Source of the DNA: Candidatus Staskawiczbacteria bacterium
GTDB lineage: Bacteria; Patescibacteriota; Minisyncoccia; Minisyncoccales; Staskawiczbacteraceae
NCBI GenBank assembly: GCA_903835075.1
Contig: CAILLM010000004.1
Span: forward strand, 144,532 to 208,531
Reading direction: 5' to 3'
Length of the DNA: 64,000 bases
The notes under the pieces are model-generated. The model saw only the letters and a program-made list of their open reading frames with translations, did not search any database and was not told where the DNA came from. A program made the translations under genes and the position numbers. Shown one piece after another: positions 19,225 through 28,315 of the stretch (the first letter of the stretch is position 1; each line of letters begins with the position of its first letter).

Positions 19225-20160
19225 GATTACCACCAGGTGTAATCTTGACTGTAAACATTGTTATAATCGTAACCGGGTTATGGCGGACATGCCGATGAGT
19301 GAGATCCTCTCGCTATTGGCATTTTCCCAGCAAAACGGAGTTTCTTCGTTTGTGGTTTCGGGCGGAGAGGCATCTTTCATCCGCAATTTGACTATTTGGC
19401 AAATTATTTGCTGGAAACTAAGCCTGACATCAGGACCGTCCTGCAAACAAACGGAATCGTTCGCAGGAAAAATCTTGATATGCTGAAAGGCTTCAAGGTT
19501 GTCCATATAAGCTATGAGCCTGACGATTCTACGGTTAGAAAAATTGTAGGTGCTGACATTATCCGTCTTGCATTGGACTTAAAGGATCGGGGAATATATC
19601 CTTACCTTTTTGTCACAGTTCACCAGGGAAATATCAACAGGATCGATACCATGGTGGATACCGCAAACAGTTTGGGGTTGGATATCGGTTTTAATCTCTG
19701 CATCTCAACGCATGAGAGTCCTGAATTAGTTCTTTCACCCAAGCAAACGATTGAGACCAGTCAAAAACTGCTCGATCTGTATCTTGCTAAAAGAATTCTC
19801 AGGTTCACCTCGCCGTTAGTTGCCGTCATTCAGGATAAGCAATCCGATGGCTATATCGGCAACAGAGGCGGATGCACAGCCGGAATAGCTACATGTTCTG
19901 TGACGGTTGACGGGGATGTTATTCCTTGCCCATTTTTCAGAACAGTTTCAGCAGGGAATATTCACGTGCAAACATTAGAGGATATCTGGCTTGGATCGCC
20001 AATCTTTGATTCGCTGAGGGCCAGAAATAAGTTCGATGAGCCATGTGGTTCTTGTAAGCATCTTTCGTATTGTGGGGGATGCCGTAAAAGGGCGTTAGAC
20101 TCTTCGGGCAAGCTGACGGGAGCAGACCCGGGTTGCTTTTTGGAGCTTTGTAAAGTATAA
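19160..20160 (+). pseudogene. radical SAM/SPASM enzyme disrupted by a frameshift near 19376
   Basis: The N-terminal frame gives LEVEITTRCNLDCKHCYN...VVSGGEASF. The sequence then continues in another frame as HPQFDYLANYLLETKPDIRTVLQTNGI...CTAGIATCSVTVDGDVIPC...CGSCKHLSYCGGC. This is consistent with one missing base in TCTTTCAT. Confidence 0.7.
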
Positions 20161-20190
20161 CGGACAGTGCAATACTGGCCGTTCTTTTTT
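20160..20190 (+). terminator. intrinsic terminator
   Basis: ACGGACAGtgcaataCTGGCCGT followed by TCTTTTTTT. Confidence 0.65.
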
Positions 20191-20241
20191 TAGCATTTTT
20201 CTGTTAAAAGATGTAAAATATAATAAGTTAAATCTAAACAC

Positions 20242-20775
20242 ATGACATTAAGTAAAAATAATATAATAATTACTGAGCCCACGTTGGAAGATGTTTTGGG
20301 ATTAGTTTTTGTACATAAGAAAACATGGTTAGATACGTATCCAAATAAAAAATATAAGATTTTTAAAAAAGATATTTTATTGAAAGATTTCGATAGTGAG
20401 AAAAAAATAAATAAATGGAAAAGAAGAATAAAAAATAACGGCAAAAAAAAGGAATATATTTGTGTTGCTAAAGATAGAGAAAAGGTTGTTGGATTTTGTT
20501 CTATTTCAAAAGGAGAGAAAATAAACGAATTAAAAACTATATATGTTTTGCCGGAATACCAAAGAATGAAAATAGGAAATAAACTATTTAATAAAGCAAT
20601 TAATTGGCTTGGTGACAAGAAAAACATAAAGACATTAGTAGCAATCTATAACGAAAATGCAATCAAGTTTTACAAAAAACATGGCTTTGCCAAAACGACG
20701 GTTACTAAAAGTTATAAATTTCCGAATGGAAAAATTATGCCGGAAATGCAATTAGTATTTAGCCGTAATAAATAA
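20242..20775 (+). CDS. GNAT-family N-acetyltransferase
   Basis: 177 aa; VVGFCSISKG...IYVLPEYQRMKIGNKLFNKAINWL (acetyl-CoA binding region); its stop overlaps the next ATG (TAATG). Confidence 0.8.
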   Translation: MTLSKNNIIITEPTLEDVLGLVFVHKKTWLDTYPNKKYKIFKKDILLKDFDSEKKINKWKRRIKNNGKKKEYICVAKDREKVVGFCSISKGEKINELKTIYVLPEYQRMKIGNKLFNKAINWLGDKKNIKTLVAIYNENAIKFYKKHGFAKTTVTKSYKFPNGKIMPEMQLVFSRNK

Positions 20776-21107
20776 TGGAAAAAATACAATTTAAACAAGA
20801 TAAATACAAAAAGAATCGTGGAGGTTATTCAAGATTTTTAGAAATAAAATGTGAAAGTTGTAGTGCTTTCATCGCTCTGTATCAAAAGGATGGCCCTGGT
20901 CCACTGAAGAGGATGTATATAGATAGAATATTTTCTCCGCAGAACTTAGCAAACTTACAAAAAGTTTCATTTAAAAAAATAGCCAATCTCACGTGTTCTC
21001 ATTGTAAACATATAATTGGTGTTCCAATCATCTACAAAAAAGAAAGTAGGCCTGCTTTTAGGTTATTTGTCGGGGCTGTAATTAAGAAGGTATCAAAAAT
21101 AAAATAA
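20775..21107 (+). CDS. 110-aa zinc-ribbon protein, copy 2
   Basis: By my hand count, about 32 of 333 nt differ from copy 1 and most are third-position changes; 7 aa differ. Confidence 0.7.
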   Translation: MEKIQFKQDKYKKNRGGYSRFLEIKCESCSAFIALYQKDGPGPLKRMYIDRIFSPQNLANLQKVSFKKIANLTCSHCKHIIGVPIIYKKESRPAFRLFVGAVIKKVSKIK

Positions 21108-21132
21108 AAAAAGTTAATGAATAATTTTAATA

Positions 21133-22131
21133 TTGATATATAATATGGAAAAAATATATCCAACTAAATTAAAGAAAGGGGACGAGGTAAGAGTCATTGC
21201 TCCATCTCAATCAATGGCTTTAATTTCAAAAGAAACCAGAGATATTGCAAACGAGAGATTTGCCGAGTTGGGATTGGTTTTAAGTTTTGGTAAACATATT
21301 GAAATTAACGACGAGTTTAATTCTTCTGACATCGAGTCAAGAGTTGAAGATTTGCATGATGCATTTTCTGATAAAAACGTTAAGGCAATTTTGACTGTTA
21401 TAGGGGGATTCAACAGTAACCAACTTTTAAGAGATTTAGATTGGGATTTAATTAAGAACAATCCTAAAATATTTTGCGGTTATTCTGATATCACAGCTTT
21501 AAGTAATTCTATATTTTCTAAGACCGGGTTGGTCACTTACTACGGGCCTCATTATTCGACTTTTGGTCAAGAGTTATATTTTGATTACACTTTAGATTAT
21601 TTCAAAAATTGTTTATTATCAGACGATTCGTTTACTATTAATCCTAGCGACAATTGGAGCGATGACGTTTGGTATAAAAACCAAAAGAAAAGAAATCTTA
21701 TTAAAAATAGTGGCCATTTAGTTATTAACGAAGGTAGCGCCTCTGGCACAATACTTGGAGGCAATCTTTGCACATTTAACCTATTGCAGGGTACAGAATA
21801 TTCCCCAAACTTAAAAGATTCTTTTCTTTTTATTGAGGACGACGATATGTCTCTGCCGATTACTTTTGACAGAGATTTGCAATCACTTATTCACCAACCT
21901 GGTTTTGAAAATGTTAAGGGTATTGTTTTCGGTAGATTCCAAAAGAAGAGCGAGATGTCGGATGATATATTAATTAAAATTATCAAAACCAAAAAAGAAT
22001 TAAATAATTTGCCTATAATTGCAAATGTAGATTTTGGACATACATCTCCAATAATCACTTTTCCGATAGGCGGTGAAGCTAGTTTGGAAATTGCCAATGG
22101 AACGGTGAAGCTGGAAATAGCAAAACACTAA
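21133..22131 (+). CDS. S66-family LD-carboxypeptidase / MccF-like serine peptidase
   Basis: 332 aa; GDEVRVIAPS, ILTVIGGFNSNQLL, FCGYSDITAL (nucleophile Ser), DFGHTSP. Confidence 0.8.
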   Translation: MIYNMEKIYPTKLKKGDEVRVIAPSQSMALISKETRDIANERFAELGLVLSFGKHIEINDEFNSSDIESRVEDLHDAFSDKNVKAILTVIGGFNSNQLLRDLDWDLIKNNPKIFCGYSDITALSNSIFSKTGLVTYYGPHYSTFGQELYFDYTLDYFKNCLLSDDSFTINPSDNWSDDVWYKNQKKRNLIKNSGHLVINEGSASGTILGGNLCTFNLLQGTEYSPNLKDSFLFIEDDDMSLPITFDRDLQSLIHQPGFENVKGIVFGRFQKKSEMSDDILIKIIKTKKELNNLPIIANVDFGHTSPIITFPIGGEASLEIANGTVKLEIAKH

Positions 22132-22244
22132 ATGTTCGAAATTAAAGAGTTTAAATTTGCATCTAAATTTTTGATGAATACGTATTACTTTATGTTGGAG
22201 GGATGGGTCGGTTTCTTCAACATTTTATAAGTAATTAATTAAGC

Positions 22245-22281
22245 GTTCTTCGCGAAGTTTTTTAAAAACTTCGCGAAGAAC
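22245..22281. promoter_or_regulatory. perfect 18-bp-arm inverted repeat holding two CTTCGCGAAG palindromes 21 bp apart; candidate operator or hairpin
   Basis: GTTCTTCGCGAAGTTTTT t AAAAACTTCGCGAAGAAC, ending 8 nt before the ATG at 22290. Confidence 0.5.
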
Positions 22282-22289
22282 AATAACAC

Positions 22290-23027
22290 ATGAATAAACA
22301 AAAATATAGTTTTTTATTAGTAACAGGCTTAATAGCTTTAAGTTTTTTGGTTACAACTTCAGCATTTGCACAAACAAATAGCAATGGAGTAGGCCGTGGA
22401 ATGATGAATAGGGGTGGGCAAGGTCCAGTAATTTCCGGAACGGTTTTAACTGTAAGTGGCAATACCATAACAGTTTCCGCTAAAAGAGGGTTGGGTGATA
22501 AAAATAATTCAACAGTTACAACTTATACGGTTGACGCTACAAATGCCAAAGTAACTAAAAATGGTACAGCTTCAACAGTTTCTGCAATCGTAGTTGGAGA
22601 CAAATTATCAGTCCAAGGAACAATTACAGGGACAAATATTGTAGCAAAAAACATTCGTGATGGTGTGGTTCAGCCACCAATCCGAGGCAATGGTCAGCCA
22701 ATAGTTGCTGGAAAAATCACAGCAATTAGTGGCAACAGTATAACCATTACAAATAGTAGCAATGTAGTTTATACAGTTGATGTGGCAACTGCTAAGTTGG
22801 TTGTAAGAGGGGTGACTAGCCCAACAATTTCAAGTCTTGCAGTTGGTGATAATGTAGTAGTGCAGGGAACAGTTAACGGAAACAACATTACTGCTTCATC
22901 GGTGATTGATCAAAAAGTAAAACAAGCAGTAAGCGATGATAATTCAGGAAATCAAAAGTCAGAAACAGGAATGGGTGGAATGATGAGAGGAATTGGAAAT
23001 TTCTTTAAGCACATGTTTGGTTTTTAG
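22290..23027 (+). CDS. secreted protein with two internal beta-rich repeats
   Basis: The signal-peptide-like N-terminus ends in SAFAQ. Repeated module: ISGTVLTVSGNTITVS...YTVDATNAKV...VGDKLSVQGT versus KITAISGNSITITN...YTVDVATAKL...VGDNVVVQGT. Confidence 0.65.
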   Translation: MNKQKYSFLLVTGLIALSFLVTTSAFAQTNSNGVGRGMMNRGGQGPVISGTVLTVSGNTITVSAKRGLGDKNNSTVTTYTVDATNAKVTKNGTASTVSAIVVGDKLSVQGTITGTNIVAKNIRDGVVQPPIRGNGQPIVAGKITAISGNSITITNSSNVVYTVDVATAKLVVRGVTSPTISSLAVGDNVVVQGTVNGNNITASSVIDQKVKQAVSDDNSGNQKSETGMGGMMRGIGNFFKHMFGF

Positions 23028-23040
23028 AAATTAATAAAAG

Positions 23041-23066
23041 AACCGCCAAGAGGCGGTTTTTTATTT
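23041..23066 (+). terminator. intrinsic terminator
   Basis: AACCGCCaagaGGCGGTT followed by TTTTATTTT. Confidence 0.75.
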
Positions 23067-23197
23067 TAAAAAGTTATACACATGTTAATTGATATTTTAA
23101 TATATGATATAATAAAATAAGTAATTACAATATTGAGTTTATTCAGAAAGGAATATTAGTTAAAGGTCGCAATATTAATCAAAAAAATATCAAAAAC

Positions 23198-23263
23198 ATG
23201 GCAGCAAAAAAGAAAGCAAAGAAAGTAGTAAAGAAAGTAGTAAAGAAAGGAAAAAAGAAATAA
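23198..23263 (+). CDS. possible 21-aa lysine-rich micropeptide
   Basis: Encodes MAAKKKAKKVVKKVVKKGKKK, followed 10 nt later by a strong terminator; not in the ORF track. Confidence 0.3.
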   Translation: MAAKKKAKKVVKKVVKKGKKK

Positions 23264-23274
23264 ATTTTCTTATA

Positions 23275-23301
23275 AAAAACCGCCCATTTGGGCGGTTTTT
23301 G
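23275..23301 (+). terminator. intrinsic terminator
   Basis: AAAAACCGCCCatttGGGCGGTTTTTG. Confidence 0.75.
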
Positions 23302-23363
23302 TTTGCACTGGGCTTGTAAAAGTATTTTGACAAAATTATATTTTTTAGGTAAGGTAATTTATC

Positions 23364-24956
23364 GTGTGCACCTTTAAAATTAAATATGAAAAAATGAGTG
23401 CACATACAATCACAACCACAGCAACCATGAAAAACATACCACGCGCTTGCGACGCTTTTTTTGCTGTAATGGATGCCCAATTTCTGGGTTTGAGTTACGA
23501 TGATGTTTTATTGATTCCGAGATATTCGGACGTTTTGCCATCAGAGATTGATTTGCGCGCCAGAATTTCTCGAAATATTATGATGAACATTCCGGTGGTG
23601 AGTTCACCGATGGACAACGTCACTGAAGAGGATATGGCGATTGTTCTGGCTGAGGAAGGCGGGATGGGAATCATCCATAAGAATCTTTCTCCTGAAGCCC
23701 AAGCTAAGGCGGTTAGGAAGGTAAAGCACCGCATCGCTGCTTTTGTGTCTTCGCCAATTTGTGTGAGAATTAATCAGACAGTGGCAGAAGTTATGGAAGT
23801 TGCAGCGAGGAAAAAATATCCGTTCAGGAGTTATCCCGTAAAAGATGAAGATGGCAAGGTTGTTGGAATTCTTTCAAATAGGGAGGTCGAGTATTGCTCT
23901 GACCATTCTAGAAAGGTCTCCGAAATAATGGTGACAAATATCATCTCTGCACAAGAGTTGGACGACGTGCAAATGGCTTATAATGTCATGAAGGACAAGC
24001 ACATCGGTATTTTACCCAAATTCAATAATTGTGGAGATTTTCTGGGTATCTATACTTGGACCGATGCGAAAAGAATCGTTGAAAAGGGTTCAGCCAATTA
24101 TAATTTGGCGCCTGACGGCACATTGCGTGTTGGAGCTGCTGTGGGGGTTTTGAACAAGAACAACGATGTGACTCAGCGAAGAGTACAACTTCTATCGGAA
24201 GCAGGCGTGGACCTTTTAGTTATTGATACTTCAAAGGGCGATTCCGCCAATGTTGTTGCGATGGTTAAATTCTGCAAAGAGAACTATCCTCACATTGATG
24301 TTGTGGCGGGCAATATTGCAACAGCTGATGCGTCGAGACTCCTTAGAGACGCCGGAGTGAGTGCCGTTAGAGTCGGAGTTGGTCCGGGCTCAATTTGCAC
24401 TACGCGAGTTATTTCTGGCGTTGGCTACCCTCAACTTAGTGCAGTTTATGAGTGTGCCAGAGCCCTGAGAGGATCAGGTGTGGCAGTTTGGGCCGATGGC
24501 GGAATCAGATTTTCTGGTGACATCACTAAAGCCTTGGGAGCTGGAGCTGACGTTGTTATGCTCGGAAGTATTTTGGCCGCAACAACTGAGTCTCCCGGAG
24601 ATGTTATTGAACTCCCAGGAGGTAAAAAATGGAAACTTTATCGTGGAATGGGATCTCTTGGGGCAATGAAGGCTCATCAAGAATCTCGAGATCGTTACAA
24701 ACAAACAGGAACTGCTGGAGACAAACTGGTCCCCGAAGGAGTGGAAGGGAACGTTTTGTATAAAGGCGATGCTGCCGGCGTGCTTTACCAAATGTTGGGA
24801 GGGCTGAGAAGCGGAATGGGCAACTGTGGCGCAGGAACTATTTCTGAATTACAAGAATTAGCAGAATTTGTCAGAATTACGCCGGCTGGTAAAACAGAAT
24901 CGCATCCTGGATCAGGATTGGTGCAATTTGATGGAACAACAAATTATCAAGGATAA
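23364..24956 (+). CDS. guaB: IMP dehydrogenase
   Basis: [13 protein letters not shown], central CBS-pair region, catalytic loop [20 protein letters not shown]. The true start is probably downstream of the GTG at 23364 (for example ATG 23394). Confidence 0.9.
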   Translation: MCTFKIKYEKMSAHTITTTATMKNIPRACDAFFAVMDAQFLGLSYDDVLLIPRYSDVLPSEIDLRARISRNIMMNIPVVSSPMDNVTEEDMAIVLAEEGGMGIIHKNLSPEAQAKAVRKVKHRIAAFVSSPICVRINQTVAEVMEVAARKKYPFRSYPVKDEDGKVVGILSNREVEYCSDHSRKVSEIMVTNIISAQELDDVQMAYNVMKDKHIGILPKFNNCGDFLGIYTWTDAKRIVEKGSANYNLAPDGTLRVGAAVGVLNKNNDVTQRRVQLLSEAGVDLLVIDTSKGDSANVVAMVKFCKENYPHIDVVAGNIATADASRLLRDAGVSAVRVGVGPGSICTTRVISGVGYPQLSAVYECARALRGSGVAVWADGGIRFSGDITKALGAGADVVMLGSILAATTESPGDVIELPGGKKWKLYRGMGSLGAMKAHQESRDRYKQTGTAGDKLVPEGVEGNVLYKGDAAGVLYQMLGGLRSGMGNCGAGTISELQELAEFVRITPAGKTESHPGSGLVQFDGTTNYQG

Positions 24957-24998
24957 TTACATAGACTGAAAAACAAAACGAAAAAAGAAAACACCGTT

Positions 24999-26519
24999 AT
25001 GAAAACGAATATAAGCATGCATTCGCAATTGATGGACTTGCTTCGCGCCTATTGGAACATCGCCATAAATTGTCTCCAATGGGGAGATACTGGCAAAGGA
25101 AAATTTGTTGATTTAATAACTTATTGGGCAGACGTTATTGTGCGGGGCAGGGGTGGAGCAAATGCCGGTCACTCGGTTTTGTTGGGTGATGAGGAATATG
25201 TATTCCACCTAATCCCGTCCAGTATTTTACATGACATTGATGGCAAAGTTAGCATTATTGGAAACGGAGTTGCCGTTGACCCAAGAATTCTTTGCGACGA
25301 ACTGGCACTTTTGAAAGCCAAGAATCAGTCATATAATAATTTCATGTTGGCACTTAATGCCAAACTCACTTTGCCCACACAAATTGTTCGCGATCGAATT
25401 GTGGACAAAGCGGGTGGCAAGGTGGTAATTGGCACAACTGGCAGAGGGATTGGCCCAACATACAGCGACCACGCTTTACGCATTGGCTTGGAAATTAACG
25501 ACTTGTTAAACCCGGACATACTGGCCAAAAACGTTCGCAATAATGTTACGTATAGTCTGAAGGTTTTGCAGGGTTATGATCCCGAAATTATCAAGGATGT
25601 TATGCATCACGAGCACTTGAGCCGTGGGCTTTACTACCATCCAAAAAAAATATTCGATGTTGATTCCATTATTACTCGGTATTTGCAGTTTGGCGAAGAG
25701 TTGGCTGAATTTATCCAAGACACCGATAGCTTTGTTCAAGCGGCTGTTGGAAGAAGGAAAATCCTGCTTGAGGGCTCGCAAGGCGCATTGCTTGACGTTG
25801 ATAACGGAACTCGTCCCTATGTTACAGGAACAAGTACAATCGTTGACGGCTTGGCAATTGGTGCGGGGTTCAATCTCCATAAGCATCACGTTGACTTGGC
25901 ACTTGGCGTAGTGAAATTCCCCTACATGACGCGAGTTGGTAGCGGGCCATTTCCAACCGAGTTTGGTGATAGAATGTCAGAAGAATGGTGCCGTGACGCC
26001 ACCCAAGAAAAAGATTTGGAACAGTTTGCTACAGCTTCAACTAACGACATCAACGAATTTTCGCAAGGTGGAGCAATTAGACGGCTTGGTCGTGAATTCG
26101 GTGCAACTACTAGAAGGCCTCGTCGTACGGGATGGCTTGATTTACCGCTTTTACGCTATGCAATGCGTTGGGGCAGTGAAAATGTTATCCTAACAAAGCC
26201 CGATGTACTAGACACTTGTGAACAAATAAAGATTTGCACTAGCTATATATACGATGGGCCAGACTATCGTGTTGGGACTCGTGTTTTAACCAAGGGCACG
26301 TCTTTGCGTGAAGCGACCCCCATGGCTTGCGTTTTAGAGCACTGCAAGCCGGTGTACGAAATCCTTCCAGGATGGCAACGGTCAATTCGGGGCATAAGGC
26401 ATTTTCAAGACTTGCCTCCTCAGCTAATTAGCGTTCTAAATTTTGTGGGCGCAGAAGCAGGCATTAAACCGAAAATGATTTCTGTTGGCCCCGCCGCAGA
26501 GGAGACCATCATCGTTTAG
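24999..26519 (+). CDS. purA: adenylosuccinate synthetase
   Basis: QWGDTGKGKFVDL, GGANAGH, GTTGRGIGPTY; at 506 aa it is longer than I remember typical PurA being (~430 aa). Confidence 0.9.
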   Translation: MKTNISMHSQLMDLLRAYWNIAINCLQWGDTGKGKFVDLITYWADVIVRGRGGANAGHSVLLGDEEYVFHLIPSSILHDIDGKVSIIGNGVAVDPRILCDELALLKAKNQSYNNFMLALNAKLTLPTQIVRDRIVDKAGGKVVIGTTGRGIGPTYSDHALRIGLEINDLLNPDILAKNVRNNVTYSLKVLQGYDPEIIKDVMHHEHLSRGLYYHPKKIFDVDSIITRYLQFGEELAEFIQDTDSFVQAAVGRRKILLEGSQGALLDVDNGTRPYVTGTSTIVDGLAIGAGFNLHKHHVDLALGVVKFPYMTRVGSGPFPTEFGDRMSEEWCRDATQEKDLEQFATASTNDINEFSQGGAIRRLGREFGATTRRPRRTGWLDLPLLRYAMRWGSENVILTKPDVLDTCEQIKICTSYIYDGPDYRVGTRVLTKGTSLREATPMACVLEHCKPVYEILPGWQRSIRGIRHFQDLPPQLISVLNFVGAEAGIKPKMISVGPAAEETIIV

Positions 26520-26538
26520 ACGATTTTTTCATTAAATA

Positions 26539-26573
26539 GGCGCGATTTCCTTTGGAAATCGCGCATTTTTTTT
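26539..26573 (+). terminator. intrinsic terminator
   Basis: GCGCGATTTCCtttGGAAATCGCGC followed by ATTTTTTTT. Confidence 0.8.
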
Positions 26574-26628
26574 GCATAGAGTTTATTTTTCTAGTAGAAT
26601 TAAAATATACAAACAAATAATTAAATTT

Positions 26629-27543
26629 ATGTTTTATTGGTTAGTAACAGCAATATTTGCTTATTTATTTTTTGGGTTTGCCTCATTGGCTGATAAGCTT
26701 GTTTTAAATGGAACGCCCGAGGGGATGTCACGCCCAAAAGCATATACTTTTTATGTTGGGATTTTTGGTTTGTTTGCAATTGCATTAATACCATTTATAA
26801 AATTTGTTTTTCCTAGCTCAATGGGGTGGACTTGGATTTTGTTAGATGCTTTGGTTCGCGTGTTTGGTTTGTATGCAATGTATTTAGCTATTTCAAAATT
26901 TGATGTTTCTAAAGTTATTGCAACAATTGGTGCAACCCAGCCAATTTTTATTTTTATTTTAACGTGGATTTTTTGGGGAGCTCAAACTATGCAAGCAACA
27001 GAGATTTTAGCTTTTGCCTTTTTATTTTTAGGAAGTGTTATTATTTCTTTTGAAAAGAACATAAAATTTACAGCTGATTATTTGAAAATTACTATTTTTT
27101 CTTCCCTAATGTTTTCGTTTGATTATATTTTTGCTAAAGAGACCTATTCAAGCATGCCTTTTTTGTCGGGTGTTATTCTTATTCAGTTGGCAATAGCCCT
27201 GTTTGTTTTATTTTTCTTGTTTAGCAGGAAATCTAGACAAGAAATTTTTTCTAAACAAATAGTTTTAGAGAAAAGAAAGCAATGGATTTTTATGTTTGCA
27301 CAAACAATTGGCGGCGCAGGTAATCTTTTGCAAGCTTTTGCTATATCCTTAGCGCCAGTAGTATTTTTAGCAACAATAAATTCATTAAGAGGGGTTCAGT
27401 ACGCGTTTATTTTTATAGTGACTTTATTTACCTCTTATTTTTATCCAAAATTTTTGAAAGAAGATATATCTAAAAAAATAATTTTCCAAAAAGTTTTCTC
27501 TATTATATTAATTATTGCTGGCCTGGCGCTGCTAGCAGTTTAA
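26629..27543 (+). CDS. EamA/DMT-type multi-pass membrane transporter
   Basis: About 10 hydrophobic helices in two halves. The ORF-track start at 26572 overlaps the purA terminator, so ATG 26629 (MFYWLVTAIF) is preferred. Confidence 0.6.
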   Translation: MFYWLVTAIFAYLFFGFASLADKLVLNGTPEGMSRPKAYTFYVGIFGLFAIALIPFIKFVFPSSMGWTWILLDALVRVFGLYAMYLAISKFDVSKVIATIGATQPIFIFILTWIFWGAQTMQATEILAFAFLFLGSVIISFEKNIKFTADYLKITIFSSLMFSFDYIFAKETYSSMPFLSGVILIQLAIALFVLFFLFSRKSRQEIFSKQIVLEKRKQWIFMFAQTIGGAGNLLQAFAISLAPVVFLATINSLRGVQYAFIFIVTLFTSYFYPKFLKEDISKKIIFQKVFSIILIIAGLALLAV

Positions 27544-27551
27544 TTTTGTTT

Positions 27552-27586
27552 AAAAAAATCCCCCCGTTTTGCGGAGGGATTTTTAT
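27552..27586. terminator. bidirectional terminator between convergent genes
   Basis: AAAAAAATCCCCCCGttttGCGGAGGGATTTTTAT. Confidence 0.7.
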
Positions 27587-27598
27587 TTGAATGCGATA

Positions 27599-27853
27599 TT
27601 ATGACAAGTGTTTTGAAACTAACTTTGTCATTTCAAACATATTTACTTCTGCTTTGCCAAAAACTGGTTTTAGTTTGTCGTCAGCAAAAATGTTTCTTTT
27701 GTTTTTTGGGTTTTGAAGATCATTCTTCTTAATGTAGGCCCAAAGTTTTTTTACAACTTCACTCCTTGGCATAGGACCTTTTCCTACGACTGCTTCTAAT
27801 TCAGCAGTAAGTTTTAACGGCTTCATGAAAGCCGAATTTGCTTTTCCTGGCAT
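27599..27853 (-). CDS. SWIB/MDM2-domain protein
   Basis: 84 aa; LTAELEAVVGKGPMPRSEVVKKLWAYIKKNDLQNPKNKRNIFADDKLKPVFG matches the SWIB pattern. Confidence 0.8.
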   Translation of the reverse strand: MPGKANSAFMKPLKLTAELEAVVGKGPMPRSEVVKKLWAYIKKNDLQNPKNKRNIFADDKLKPVFGKAEVNMFEMTKLVSKHLS

Positions 27854-28046
27854 TTGATTTAAGAAACATTAAACATGAAATATGAAACTAATGTGTCAGA
27901 TTTCAAGTTGTATGTTTCAATTAATTATCCTGATAGTTCAAGATAAATGTTTAATTATTAAGTGCCTATACTATAATGATTGCACATCTTCCCTTGTAAA
28001 GCAAGCGTGTCAATGATTTTTTGCGCATACTGAGCTTGCAAAAGCA

Positions 28047-28095
28047 AAAAAACTGCCCCGGAGAGAAGATTAGATGCAAGCATCTTTTCTTCTTC
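28047..28095 (-). terminator. intrinsic terminator of the small membrane-protein cassette
   Basis: Minus strand: CCCCGGAAGAAGAAAAGA...TCTTCTCTCCGGGG followed by cagTTTTTTTGCTTTT. Confidence 0.65.
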
Positions 28096-28118
28096 CGGGG
28101 CCTGGCGGCGGTTTCGGC

Positions 28119-28262
28119 TTATTGGCCGAAGAGCATTGCCACCCAAATTGGTCCTCCGCCAAAAACAGCAGAGATACCCACGACTAGTATGGCCATCACG
28201 AAGACGGCCTTCCAGTCGGTTTTTTTCCATTCGGGTTTGACGGCGGTGTGTGTGTTTTTCAT
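28119..28262 (-). CDS. 47-aa single-TM membrane protein (GC-rich cassette)
   Basis: MKNTHTAVKPEWKKTDWKAVFVMAILVVGISAVFGGGPIWVAMLFGQ; has its own consensus promoter, CA-rich leader and terminator. Confidence 0.5.
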   Translation of the reverse strand: MKNTHTAVKPEWKKTDWKAVFVMAILVVGISAVFGGGPIWVAMLFGQ

Positions 28263-28315
28263 GGTGGTTTGGTTGGTGGTTGGGGTGAGAACAGATGTCA
28301 ATGTTCTACATATTA

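Noticed and set aside
23198-23263. Possible CRISPR or tandem-repeat array (AAAGTAGTAAAGAAAGTAGTAAAG)
   Set aside because: There are only two 12-nt units inside a tiny ORF. I found no repeat-spacer architecture here or anywhere else in the window.
23190-23480. 96-aa minus-strand ORF ending in the low-complexity LLSLLLSLLLS
   Set aside because: It is the antisense of the Lys-rich AAG/AAA micro-ORF and its terminator, runs into the guaB 5' region, and has no support.
24474-26193. Multiple 63-127-aa ORFs overlapping guaB and purA on both strands
   Set aside because: They lie inside well-supported guaB and purA frames, lack start contexts, and arise in GC-rich sequence.
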